A DNA stretch of 64,000 bases from Octopus bimaculoides (lineage: Eukaryota): contig NC_068986.1 in NCBI RefSeq assembly GCF_001194135.2, positions 77,046,034 through 77,110,033 of the forward strand, given 5' to 3'. Both the position numbers and the translations under genes were made by a program. How positions within the stretch are numbered: position 1 is the first letter of the stretch; each line of letters opens with the position of its first letter. The notes beneath the pieces were generated by a model. It saw only the letters and a program-made list of their open reading frames with translations. It was not told the origin of the DNA and did not search any database. Of this stretch, positions 10,754 to 24,275 are shown in pieces.

Positions 10754-13700
10754 GACCATCATACTGTAAAGTCATAGAAATTTGGAGCTCCGTAAGTTGA
10801 AATAGTGTTTGTAATCTTTTCGGCTTTCTAAGGCCCCGTGTTTTCATTTTATTGTTACCATTGCATCTCTGAGATTGTTTGGACTGCGCAGATAGTTTTT
10901 TTCTTTTGTGTGTGTGTAGAAACACCCCGTTTTGTAGGGGATGCGCATCAATATTTCTGGATCTTAACAACTTCCGAAAAAAATAATATTTTGCTGTTTT
11001 CATTTTTCAATTAAAGGATGGATAATTAAGAAGCCATCATAATGTTCGACAAAGGAACGCTTTCCTCGTCGGCAAAAAAATGAGAACAAGAGTATCGAAT
11101 GACCTAAACTTAATGACGTCACCGAGGTGAATAATGTTTCGCCTATAAGCAACGTCAAAACTTTCGGTGTCGACAACTACAAAAACAACAACAGCAACAG
11201 CAGAAACAGTGACGACAACAACAATAACAACAGCAACAACAATACGAAAGAAATGAAACATAAAAACGCGAATATCGTCTCCACTTCTGTTGCGTTTGCG
11301 GCGAGAAATATGGAAAATTTCCGCATAGATGAAGAAGATTTTAAAATGGCAAGAAAAATTGTGAAAAGGAATGGGAGAAGGGTAGCTCTAAACCCTCCAT
11401 CCGACGGGACAGAGCATCTTAAGATGCACGGTCACGTACCGCTGCATCGGAGTTAAATAACGTCGGGTGGAAGATACTTCTGAGAGCGAGATACAAAAAT
11501 GCCTCGGGTAGCGTGTAGGAACAAAAGATCCACATCACCCGAGGAAAGAAGTCTGGAATTATTAGGGTGAAATTTGGGAGGGAAGAAGAAGCCAGGTGTA
11601 ATTCTGCGACCACATTGAGGAATGACAACTTCTTAATCCCTAGCTATCGCGGCCAACGTCTTACCAAGATTAGGGTGTTGAATGTGCCGCCAGAAGTATC
11701 TATCACCTGGTTAGTGGCGGCCGTCCTAGCAGGTCTAGAAGAAGACGAGGTAAGAATATTAGAGGTCAAGAAAATACCGAGGCAAAACTGGTCTGGTACA
11801 GGTATGGAACTGACTTTACAATCTAAGCAGGACCACATCGACCAACTGCACGACCTAATCGTCAGACGTTTATAAAACTATGAGAGAAAAATTCCCATGT
11901 AGTGTGGGGATTTTTTTTTTAAATCAGTTGAGAAAAGGCTGTTAGAAGAGCCTTTTAAAAAAATTTCGCCAGTAGTGAGGCCCGGAACTTCCGGGCTTCT
12001 CAAAAATAAAGGTGAGTAACCTTCTCTTTTTCTTTCTCCGACTAGCATGATTGTGCTGAGAATGGGGTGTGTAAATGTGCGAGGCCTGGGATCAGCTTGG
12101 AAGCAAGGTCACTTGCTCAATAATCTCGGGTTGCTTCATTAAGATATCGCTGCCATTAGTGAAACAAGGATCTCCGGAAAACACGATCTAGCATCTACCT
12201 TTGAGGACTACGAGGTATTCTCATCTTGTAGTCTATCGGGAGCAGGTTGCGGAGTAGCAGTGCTGCTCTGGAAATCCTTAGACCTCCAAGTACGGGCTAT
12301 CTTCCTGGGCCTGGACGGTAGGGTGATGGTCCTGGACGTGAATGTAGCGAAGGTGGCGCCTTTAGACTGGTGGTGGTTTATGCTTCAACAGGGGCTGGAA
12401 GGCCATATTTCTTCAGGTGTCTAGAAATGTTCTTGGGAACGTCTCGTTTAGTACTAGTGGGGGACTGGAATAGTATTTTGGACGCACGGAAGGACTGTGT
12501 AGGTTTAGTACGTAGCAGAAGTGGGTGTAAAAGCCTCGAAAACCTGCTCAGGACCTTCCAGCTTTCTGACAGGTACCGACTGGATTTTTCTGGTGTGCCA
12601 GTGTGGACGTGAGGCAACCACAGCAGGTCATCCAGATCGCATTTAGAAAGAGCATTTGTTAGGTCAGAGGCTAGGGATAGCATGGGTTGTCCACAATTTC
12701 AATTGGTCGGCTATACAAATCATAAATTTGTTATATGCTCAGTCGATATAGCTTGGACCCGTAGATAGGTACCCGATTACTGGAAGCTGAATGCGTCCTT
12801 ATCGGCTCGCAAAGTCTACAGGGATCGGATTACCGAACTAGTTAAGCGACAGTTGACGGGGGTTCTCGTCAACAACCGCTCTGGAGAGAGCGATTAGAAT
12901 AGAATCAACAGCATTTAGCAAAGATTTAGCAATAGAAAGAAATAGATTAGAAGGAGAACTAGTTAACTAACTAGAAGAAGCTATTAGTAAAGACATTGCG
13001 ACCGACGTGTTAGCAGCGAGAATGGCCCTGGACCATTTCTTTGAGGCGAAAAATGAAGGGTGCGTTTTCAGAGCTAAGACCTGTGCGCTAAAATACGAAG
13101 CCGTCCGATGTGCCCGAACGGTAGAGACCCAACGTGGAAACAAAACCACGATCAAGTCTTTCACGGATCAAGACAGACGCGTGCTACTCGCTTCTGAGCA
13201 GATGTGTGCGGCTTTCCAGCAGCACTTTGCGCAGCTGTTTGAGGAGGGTGATGGGGCGGTGACGGTAACAGACTTTACTTCGTACCTAGACGGCCTACCA
13301 GATTCTGCGAAAAGCCGATTACAGCCACTGAAATACGGGAGGTGATGAGCGATTGCACAGGTCGCAAATCGTGCGGTTTGGATGGTCTGCCCTACGAAGT
13401 CTGCTTTCATGCCAGATTTGTTTGGCAGCCTCTTGGCATACGTCTACAGTAACTGGCAGCAGAACAGGAGAATTCCCAGTATTGTTAGCCTGGGTGTAGT
13501 AACACTTTTGAGAAAGGACGCCGGCAATGGGGACGTGCTAGGGAATTTTCGGCCCATAACTTTGCTAAAGATAGAGTTTAAGATTTTGGCCAAGGTGTTA
13601 GCGAAAAAGTTGGTGCTTGTCGCTGGTAGTCTGGTCGGGGAGGCACAAACGTGCGCAATGCCGAACAGGTCTATCCACGACAACCTCCACCTTATGGGAT

Positions 13701-15676
13701 ATATTGTAGAGAGGGCTGGAACTAAAGTTGGCTTCGGTGGGGCCCTGATCAATTTAGATCAGTCGAAAACTTTTGATAGGGTTGACCATCGCTACTTGGA
13801 AGCCGTCCTTAAAGCAACCGGTTTCGGACCCGTTTTTAGAGGCTGGATTGCTATAATGCACAGCGGTACCTGCTTGGTGATCAAAATAAATGGAACCGTT
13901 TAGCATCGCACGTTCGGTCCGTCATGGCTGCCTGCTGTCACCTCTTCTGTATGTACTGCCTCTCGAGCTACGGCTGCTGAAGTTGGAACAGTTAAGAGGC
14001 CTCGCTTTCAAAATTGGACTCGGGAGGGCAGTGTCGGCGTACAAGGATGACGTCACCGTCATGGTGTCGGAAGCCTTCGAAGTGGAGACGGTCAGCTTCG
14101 TTGTAAAGGAATATGGGTCAGTTGCAGAGGCCAAAATCAACGCCGAGAAGTCTGTGGGATTGTAACTGGGCACCTAGAGAGGCAGATCGATGCCTTCGGA
14201 CGCTGGACTGATGAACCAGTTAAACCGCTCGGAGTATGATTTGGTCCCGACCTCCAGATGGATAAGAACTGGGAAGGAGTGATGAACAGAGTGGCCTATC
14301 TTACCCAGAAATGGGCTGAGAGAAAGTTGTCCTTGAAAAGTCGGGCAGAGGTGGTGAATGCCTACATCGCCTCTGTCATTATTTATCGTCTGACCGTTGC
14401 CCCAATTACTACTTGATTAGATTGGAGTGTATCTTATTTATTTTCTTGGGGAAGGGACTCGTTCCAATGGTTCGGCGGTCGGTTTGCTGCCAACTACCTC
14501 TGCGTGGCGGCTTAGGCATGCCATGGCTTTTGATGCGCAGACACTCACTCAGGTTGCGTCACCTGCAACGATTTCTAGATGATGAACGCGTGTGGGCTCC
14601 GTTTGTGGGACACGCCTTTCCGCAGCTCGTCTCCTTGACGAAGCTGCAGTACTGAGTAAAGGATAGACCAAGACTGGGCGCCTAGCACTTAGAATGTCGT
14701 CAGGCGCTCACTGTCCTCTACCAGTTGGGCAATAAGATTGGTGGCTGTTCCACTTTAGCTATATATAAAGGATTAGTAGCGGGGAAGTGAGACGACGTCT
14801 TCAGGAGACCCTAAGCGTCGACGAATACGAACTGGCAAGTCTGTGCTGGAGGACTTTCCGGCCGGGGACTATTGAGGATAATTTCCCGATGTCTTTGACT
14901 TGGCAATGCTACTGGGGGACGCTACCGGTTCGAGATGAACTCTACAGACACAGATATGCTGTCAGACGGGCTTGTCCGAGGTGCTCTCAGAGCGACGAAA
15001 CTGTTCTGCATGCACTCGTTCAGTGTCCGGGAATTGCTGACTTGTGGGATTATGTCGAACACCTGCTGTTGCGTATGGGACGGATTCGTCTGTCGGCCGA
15101 GTCCATAATGATGATTGTCCCGGTGTCCTCCTTTAATCGAGCAGCCAAGGCAGTTTTCCTTTGTCTGGTGGCTGTGGCGAAAGAAGTTGTCTGGTGGACA
15201 AGGCTAAAAGGAACGAGGACAGAAACATTGCTTTTTGGTGAAGCCCTCATCGACTTTTTCAAGTTGCACTTGAAAAGAAAATTAAGGGTAGAGAGGGAGG
15301 TGCTGTCCTCGAGTGAATTTATGAAAAGGTGGGTGAAAGTTGAGAAAATGGCATGAGTGGATAGTACCACTCTCAGTCGGAAGAAAGATGTTAGAGAGGA
15401 CACTCGCCTCTGGTATTGAGGGTGATCTTTGATGGCGGGGTTCGTCGATTATCTCCAGAGGTCCTCCTGTATCAGAAGGACCCCATTTCTATCACTCTTT
15501 CCCCTCTACTTCCAGTGCCGTATACTGTGTATACATCCCTTCTACTAGTGTATACAGTGTATACTGTTTTTTTTTTCATGCTATCATATGTAAACCCCAA
15601 TACTTCATGTCTCTCTTTGTATTGTCCCTCTCACCCTTCGCCCTTGTGGCAAATAAAAGAAATCATTGTTATTATA

Positions 15677-15724
<48 letters not shown>
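10754..15724 (+). mobile_element. near full-length degenerate Tx1/L1-clade LINE (ORF1 remnant plus APE-RT-CCHC ORF2)
   Basis: ORF1 pieces at 11127-11875. ORF2 starts at ATG 12047 (GCVNVRGL, AAISETR, VLVGDWNS, YWKLNASL, NFRPITLL, LDQSKTFDRVDH, SVRHGCLLSPLLY, AYKDDVT, CPRCSQSDETVLHALVQCP) with many stops and frameshifts; AATAAA then (ATT)n at 15677-15724. 5' boundary inferred. Confidence 0.88.
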
Positions 15725-16799
15725 GTAGTCTTTGGATGATCAGGTTTACTATTGTCTTGTGAAGGGAATTTAGTAGACAAAAAGTATATTCATATATAAT
15801 GAGTGTGTGTATACATTTGTTTATATACTTGCGTGTTTACATGAGAATGTGGATGTGTGTGTGTGTGTNNNNNNNNNNNNNNNNNNNNNNNNNNNNNNNN
15901 NNNNNNNNNNNNNNNNNNNNNNNNNNNNNNNNNNNNNNNNNNNNNNNNNNNNNNNNNNNNNNNNNNNNNNNNNNNNNNNNNNNNNNNNNNNNNNNNNNNN
16001 NNNNNNNNNNNNNNNNNNNNNNNNNNNNNNNNNNNNNNNNNNNNNNNNNNNNNNNNNNNNNNNNNNNNNNNNNNNNNNNNNNNNNNNNNNNNNNNNNNNN
16101 NNNNNNNNNNNNNNNNNNNNNNNNNNNNNNNNNNNNNNNNNNNNNNNNNNNNNNNNNNNNNNNNNNNNNNNNNNNNNNNNNNNNNNNNNNNNNNNNNNNN
16201 NNNNNNNNNNNNNNNNNNNNNNNNNNNNNNNNNNNNNNNNNNNNNNNNNNNNNNNNNNNNNNNNNNNNNNNNNNNNNNNNNNNNNNNNNNNNNNNNNNNN
16301 NNNNNNNNNNNNNNNNNNNNNNNNNNNNNNNNNNNNNNNNNNNNNNNNNNNNNNNNNNNNNNNNNNNNNNNNNNNNNNNNNNNNNNNNNNNNNNNNNNNN
16401 NNNNNNNNNNNNNNNNNNNNNNNNNNNNNNNNNNNNNNNNNNNNNNNNNNNNNNNNNNNNNNNNNNNNNNNNNNNNNNNNNNNNNNNNNNNNNNNNNNNN
16501 NNNNNNNNNNNNNNNNNNNNNNNNNNNNNNNNNNNNNNNNNNNNNNNNNNNNNNNNNNNNNNNNNNNNNNNNNNNNNNNNNNNNNNNNNNNNNNNNNNNN
16601 NNNNNNNNNNNNNNNNNNNNNNNNNNNNNNNNNNNNNNNNNNNNNNNNNNNNNNNNNNNNNNNNNNNNNNNNNNNNNNNNNNNNNNNNNNNNNNNNNNNN
16701 NNNNNNNNNNNNNNNNNNNNNNNNNNNNNNNNNNNNNNNNNNNNNNNNNNNNNNNNNNNNNNNNNNNNNNNNNNGTAGGAAAAATAAGGATGCATGAGA

Positions 16800-17250
16800 G
16801 TTGAGAGTTTTGTTAGGTTTTTAAAAAAGGGTTAAAAGTTTGTGTTAAGCAGGAAATGTGGTGTCAAAACAGGAAGTGTGTGTAAGGGGAGACAAGTGTT
16901 TTTAGTTGGAGTTATGAACTCTTTTTCAACAGGAAGTTTGTGTCTGTTCATAGAGAAATAAGGTCACTGAGGGGTGTGTGTGTTAAGAAATGGTTGGAAT
17001 TTCTCTATGAAAAGATTCTCCTTGTTGATTCTTTCTTGTGTGGAGATTCTGTCTTTACATTGATAGAAAGGGAATATAATGAATTTAGGGTTTTTTGTTT
17101 CTGGCGCAAGAGGGGGTTTTTTGAATTAACACTATATGAAACCTCACGCCAGAAATTTGGACACCTTTTCCACATCTTTTTAATGGATAACTGGAAAAGA
17201 TTTTTGGATGATTGTCATTATGTTCTACTGTTATTACCGTTACCACAACT
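16800..17250 (-). mobile_element. probable Penelope-like element remnant (GIY-YIG C-terminus)
   Basis: Minus-strand IPFYQCKDRISTQERINKENLFIEKFQPFLN resembles Penelope endonuclease C-termini; heavily degraded. Confidence 0.45.
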
Positions 17251-17979
17251 AGACAATAGCAACAACATGATCGGTATTGGCAGTCACTCTTCAATACTAG
17301 AACAATTGATGAGCTATTAAACAATACAATCTCTAGCTCTTTTCCACAATCAGGTCACTCAAATTCTTCTCAGAATAACACAAGAGATCCATCATCACCA
17401 TTGTCATCCTATTCTACGGCTACTACCATTACCACTACTACTACTCCAATTAGTAAAGAACCACTCCACCCCCACCCCCCACTATCCACTTTAATCTGAA
17501 TGTATACCTGTCAGCTCCATGATAAATTTGCCGAAAGTAAAATCATGAACACACGAAACTATGCATACGCAGTGACTAGCTTCACCCATTTTCCAAGAAC
17601 AAGATGCACAATTCGTACAATACCAGCCAACGCCAAACCACACATCTTACAACACCACCACCACCACCATCACTACTAAACGCTAAATCACACTTAATAA
17701 CTACTACACATGTGACCCGGAATCCTAAAATCTGTCGCTTTCCCAACACGAAAGGTTATGTCTGATGTGTGACTGTCCCTTCACTAATCTTTTAGGAACT
17801 CGATGCACTAGTAAAAGCATAACTTCAAATCACCACCAAATCTATAGTAGAAAAATTCCTTACGGTGGCAGTGTTGGTCCAGACTTTTATTGTAAAACAG
17901 ATGTCACTCAGATATCTGCTGTAAAATCAACAGCCGCAAACAATGATGAATCTGGCAAAAGAAATAAAAATGACTTCTA

Positions 17980-19940
17980 ACTCTCACACAGCACCAACCA
18001 CTGCTATTACTCCAGTGCGCAACCACACATCATTGGTGTCATTAACCCACAAATTCAACTCTATGATAATGCCAAATGTACAAGGTGTTTCACATTTCAC
18101 AAATTGAACATAGGTATCATATCATAGAGAACTTGCACAGCAAGAGAGACCTCGTACATCGAGAAAAGACATGTGTTGCACTAAATGTAACGCACCTGAC
18201 CCCAGGCATATTGGATGTGGAAGTACATATGTCAGGATATGTATTACTCAGAACTGACCACAGAATATGGAAACAAGGGGAAATAGCGATTTTCATCCAA
18301 GATGACCTGGCAACAAATGTCCTTCTCTCCCACTCCAACACAGTGTGCGATACACTAATAATGCATGTGATAGACCTCAATTTGATCATAGGTATTACCT
18401 ACTGTCATCCTGATGCAGCTAGCCACGGAGATCAAAGATGCTTTGTCGCTCATAAGCCAAACTTCAAATGAGACCAGCTCACTGGCCAATGTACTTTTAG
18501 CAGGGGTTTTTAGTTTTCCTCATTTCAGCTGGCCTGAGGATTTTATCCAACCAGAAGTTATACAGCTGAACAGGAGAGATATGAATGCTCTTTTCGATAC
18601 TACTAAAAGACTTCCTCATGCAACAATTCATTATCCGTCCAACTAGGGATAAAAACATACTCGACCTAGTCTTTACCACCGATACAGACTTCACTCACAA
18701 TGTTCAGATCATTCCCACAGCTATTTCCAACCACAAAATTATACAATTATCTGTATACAGTTCAAAGAGGGCAAATAACATCAAACATGACTCACTCCTC
18801 ATGAACTTGAATTTCAGTAAGGCCGAGTGGAATGAAATCGAAACTGAAATCCTCGAAACAAATTGGCAATCTCAGTGTTAACGAAAGAATGAAATTTCTG
18901 TACGAAGAGTTAATCAGGATTTGTTGAAAGCATGCCCCATATAAACACGCCTATTCCAGCAAGTACTTGATTCCGTGAGATAGACGGATACCAATGTGTA
19001 ACATAACCAAACCAACAAAACAACTATAAAACCAAACTCTCTCAGCAATTGAGATTGAGAAAAGAAAAAAGAACATCGAACTGGACCTAAAACTATTTCA
19101 TGAAAAAGAAACTTCGCTAAGAGAACAACGAGCAGTGTAAAATATAAAATTTATTTCTAAGTTCTATAATATTTCCCCTTTGCTAAACAAAAATCAGCTA
19201 CGCATAACCAGATTGGCTATCTAATGGATCAAAATGTATCATATATTAATGATGCATCACAAATATGCACATTCTTGAGTCAACATTATTACAGTGCATC
19301 TTTCCAACCTATAGTTAACAAAATAACATATGAGCCAAATGAATTCTTTGATCCTCAGAACTCAACTTACAGTTAATGACTGAGATTCAAACCCGGCATC
19401 TGGACAGGATGGTCTCACAGACATACTACGAAAAACGTGCAAAAACAGCCTCGTGAAACCATTTAAAAATACTATTTCAAAAGTCGCTAGATACCGGCGA
19501 ATGCTCAGAACTATCAAAAGACACAATAGTAATGCCCTATACACAAAGGAAGGTAGTGAGACTGAAGCTGAAAACTACAGACCTGTTTCGCTCACACATC
19601 TAAAATTATCAAACGCATTGTCTGAAATAGAATTAGTACATGCTTTGTAGAAAACAACCTCATAGATGATATACAGCATGGTTTCTGAACTGAACTTTTA
19701 CAACTGTTACCGTATTACCTATTTCACAATTAGCACCGTAACACTATTCTTAATAATCTCTTGGGTGGAAAGGACATTGACTGTATATACCTTGATTTTG
19801 TTAAGGCGTTCGGTGAGATTGTTCATGGAATCATCTGTCATAAGTTAAGGAATCTTGATATCTTAGAAAAACTCAGAGAATGGCTCTTTGACTTCCTACA
19901 TGGTAGGAGACAATCTGTTGCTGGAAATGGTTTTCGCTAA
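17980..19940 (+). mobile_element. degenerate CR1-group LINE (APE plus N-terminal RT), 3'-truncated
   Basis: THLTPGILDVEVHMSGYVLLRTDH, PTRDKNILDLVFT, ENYRPVSLT, IYLDFVKAF, LREWLFDFLHGRRQSV. Confidence 0.78.
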
Positions 19941-20794
19941 CACGAAATAACTTTAAAAATATAAACTTTACTCAACAACACTAAGAGTAAAAGATGTTTT
20001 ATATGACACATTCTACCAGTGTCCCAAGTTTGAAAGTGTTTCGTTAGAAAACAAATGGTGTCCGCCAAATCAGAAAGATCCACTCACTCTCTTGAGATAT
20101 TGGCTATTGTTATGCCATGTCTATTACTTAATTCAACAAAGCTTTTTTAAATTGTTGTGTAAAACTCTAGTAGCTTAGTATGGAAGAATTAGTTAATATA
20201 AATTTTATGTCGTAACTCTCTACGACAATTTTCTTTGACTTATAAAATGTACTGTAAATATTAAATGTACGCAGATAAACTAATTTAGTAAATAAATAAT
20301 TTCTTTTTTCTTCATTTTCTTCAACCTGTTAATGAATTTTGTATCTGTAAATATGAAACTGTTATTATAGCGGTGAAAAAGAGCGAGCTTATACATTTTC
20401 AACATAAATACGCGTTCAGCGTTTTGGTGTATAAGTCATCACGGCGTTTACGCAGCCTAAGTTTAGATTTATGTATAGTGATAATACTTATAATTAAGTT
20501 ATAAGTGACGGGTTTATCACCATAGATTTCTATTCAATAAACATTTATATCTATTATCTTTTCCAAGTTCGAACTCGTTATAAATTGATGACCAACCGAC
20601 GTTGATTACGAAGTCTACTCGGGAGAATAATCACCATATAAATAGGATAGATCACCGTTATAAAACTATGTAAAGAAGAGGGATTGGTATTTATATCCAA
20701 TTGCTGACTTAAAATCAAGCATGCTGGTTAACTATTGATTCATTTGGATTGCTATTCAAGAGGGATACTCCCATTGTAGATTAAAAAAAATAAT

Positions 20795-21107
20795 GGCGAG
20801 GGACTTAATGGTTAGAGTATTCGGCTCACAATCACATGAACATGAGTTCGATTCCCGGCGGCGCGTTGTGTCCTTAAGCAAAACATTTCATTTTACGTTA
20901 CTCCAATCCATACAGCTGGCAAAAATGAGTGTTACCTGTCTTTCAAAGGGCCAGCCTTTTCTGTGTCACGCTGAATCTTCCTGAGAATTATGTTAAGGGT
21001 ACACGTGTCTGTGGTGAGCTTAATTACTTGCGCGTCAACTTCACGAGCAGGTTGTTCCATTGATCGGATCGACTGGAGCCCTCGTCATCGTAACCAACGA
21101 ACTACCA
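20795..21107 (+). mobile_element. tRNA-headed SINE (family B); related minus-strand copy at about 48200-48545
   Basis: A-box-like AATGGTTAGAG, B-box GAGTTCGATTCCC, then the core GTTGTGTCCTTAAGCAAAACATTTCATTTTACGTTACTCCA. Confidence 0.7.
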
Positions 21108-21989
21108 GCTAGAAGACTTTTATCAGTTTTGTTGCAATTTCTACTTCATATTCATGTGAATTAGGATATTCAACACTTAATAACATCAAAAATAAGAAAC
21201 GAGAGCGGGTCACTTCCACCGAATAAGAAAGGGGGGTTTGCTTATCACAAATACGTTCAAACATTGAAAACGTAGCAAAAAAATATCGGGTGCATATTTC
21301 TTTCAAACACACGCATGCATGCGCGCGCGCACGCACACACACACACACACACACAAGGACTGTCGATTCAAACTCAACTATAACTTTAGATTCATCAACT
21401 GGAGAGTTTATTCCAAGATGAATTTCTAGATACCTACCTCTCTTAAGATCTGAGTTCTGTCTTCGTCACGAAGAAGGAGCATGTCCAATATAACAGAACT
21501 CACTTGCATCCACGGTTCTCAAAATTATCTTATATATTACAATCTTGTGGAAATAGTAGCCAAATATCATTGCAATCATACCCTGCGGTCTTTAAGCATG
21601 AAAGACATGTTGGATACTGTAGTTCTACACATATCTGAAAAGATGGGGTTATCATGGCTGGAACATCTTTAATCGCAGGACTCTTCCATCAGGTGGTGGC
21701 GGCGATGACGACGACGACCACGATGGCAAGTACAACACAACATGAGCAACAAGTTTACTAAAGAAAAGCTTATGAAGATCTTATGACAGAGAAACCAGAG
21801 GCACGTTGTGGACTTGATTCCAACGGAACTTCTATACTTCTATCTAAAAGAAGAATCAAACTAATGGAAAAAAGAGCACTAATGAAATGTTCAAACTGTG
21901 AATAATAGTAACCAAATCTCCCTCATGTCACAGTTAGCTGTGTGGAAAAAGAAATAATAAATGTCACATTAGATAATGTATTCCTAGAT

Positions 21990-22066
21990 CAGGGCTGGCC
22001 AACATGAGGCCCGCGGGCCGGATGCGGTCCGCAGACTTTTATCTTGCGGCCCGCTTGATACCTTCT
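21990..22066 (+). mobile_element. hAT (Charlie-like) terminal fragment
   Basis: CAGGGCTGGCCAAC..GGCCCGCGGGCCGGATGCGGTCCGC terminal and subterminal motifs; other end not found. Confidence 0.5.
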
Positions 22067-24009
22067 TGAAATGGGTTTATTTAAACAAACATTTTAAAGT
22101 TTTTATCAAAAAATTAAAGATTGTAATGAAAAATTAAAAAAATGAAAGATACTACTGCTTTTGCAACGATATGTCATGTTGAATCAACGATCATTCATTT
22201 ATTATTGTAATAACAGCATGAGAAAGTAAAATGCTTTCAATTCTGTCAGTATACAAGCGACTCTAAAAAGACTTGCTGCGATTTAAGTGGCGCGCAATGT
22301 AATTCGAGTTGGCTAGAAAACCTTTGACCATGTGTCAACTTGATCAAAACTAACCTGAGGTGAAACAACTCTGGAGACTACACAGCAAAAAAAAAAAAAA
22401 AAGAAAAAAAAGAAAAAGGCTAAAGATTCATCATTAGTAACACAAAATCTTTGGCGACGGAAGTATAACTGAATATAAGGAACTACAAAGAATATCCAAC
22501 GGACATTGCACTAGATGGTTCCACAAATGAAACTCAGTGTCCGTTTAGTGTATTGTATATGAAGTGATATAGAAGAACTGAAAGACCTTAGTGGAGGTCT
22601 ATGTAGGCAAATACTAAATACCATCAGTTTACAGAAATGGTAAAAATAAGTATGCAGTGTGGAAGAGGAGAAATCCGATTTAGAGCTATGTCTAAAACAT
22701 TATAACCCTTCTATGGCGAACCACTTTTCCTGAAACGTCAAATCTATTCCTTCCCTCACGGCTAACTAAATTGCTTTATTTACAAATCTATAGAGATAGC
22801 TCCGCTTGGGGAAAAGCTCCTTTAAATTAAACTCATCCTTCTTGAGTAAAGACATTAGATAATATAGCCATGCATAGCTTTAAAATACCGAGGCACCGTA
22901 CTCGATTGCTATTTTATTTTATTGACCCCAGAAAGGGATAAAAGGCTTAACAAAGCACTTAACATCACAGTGCTTCTGCTGCTGGCAGCAACTAGTAATT
23001 TCTATTTTACGGTATATATGTTCACCGAGCAGTTTCATAAAACCGAACCATTTCCAAAGTTGTCACTATACTGCCAAGATCAGACTCCTCTCCTGTTGCG
23101 TGGTCCACATTCTAGTTTTAATTGACTTAAATTCGAAGTTATTCCCTCCGTCTTTCTCGAGCTGAATTAACCATTATGATAAATTTTCCTTCCCATTACT
23201 GGAAAAATTTTAATTATTTAAAATTTCTTTGATCACCACATTAAGTATGTAGCACTGCCCTTCACCATTTCAAAATTAAGTGCTGTTTACAAGATACAAA
23301 CCTGTGACTTCTCAGCTATCTCTCTTCTATCTTATACATTTATCCATCCACTACACCAGTGTTAGTAGAGAGGGGAAATAAAACATTCTCTGCTGAAGAC
23401 ACCTACGCTCTCATTTCCTCTCTCCCTAACTCCAAAACATGTGATAGTGTTACATGCTTAAAAGAACGTGGTTAGCAAAGTTGGTACAGCAGCATTTATT
23501 TGGTCTCCTTAAGTTCTGAGCTAAAGACTAACTTTGCCTTTCATCGTTCAAAATTGATAAAGTAAATACTAGTCATATGCTGGGGTTGAGGTAATTGACT
23601 ATATTCAAAATGTGTAATCTTATACTATTGTTTAGAAATAATTTTCTTGTAGTTGATAAAGAAATTTACATCCATTTGTTTAAAGTAACAGCTGACTGAA
23701 TTGGCGGGCTATAGGATTATTTAAGTAATTGTTCATTATTCCTTTAGCTAGGCCCAATGAATTTAAGTGCTAGTACGAGCCTAGCGTAAGCAACGAGAAA
23801 CCACTCATACGTATTATATTTTTGAGATCCTGTTTAGTCTACTCGAACACCAGCTGTTCACTCTACCCAAATGTGTGTAAGCCAACGAAGGAGCCTCTAC
23901 GTGGTCGCTTAACGAATCAAAAGTAGCAGCCATTGTGACTCGTTAAGTTCCTTTAAATTACACTCATCTATCTTAAGTAAAGACATTAAATAATGTAATT
24001 CTGCATAGT

Positions 24010-24275
24010 GGAGGCTCAATGGCCCAGTGGTTAGGGCAGCGGACTCTCGGTCGGAGGATCGCGGTTTCGATTCCCAGACCGGGCGTTGTGTGTTTATTGA
24101 GCAAAAACACCTAAAGCTCCACGAGGCTCCGGCAGGGGGAGGTGACGACCCCTGTTGTACTCTTTCGCCCCAACTCTTTCTCGAGTAAAGCTGCGATGGA
24201 CTGGCATCACGTCCAGCTGGGGGCAACACATACGCCATAGAAACCGGGCCCATGAGCCTGGCTAGGCTTTAAAAG
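24010..24275 (+). mobile_element. young-looking tRNA-headed SINE (family D)
   Basis: A-box TGGCCCAGTGG and B-box GGTTTCGATTCCC; GC/CpG-rich body in AT-rich flanks. Confidence 0.7.

Noticed and set aside
20240-20560. 3'UTR-like AU-rich block with two TGTAAATA (Pumilio-type) motifs and AATAAA
   Set aside because: No linked exon; these motifs are common at this AT content.
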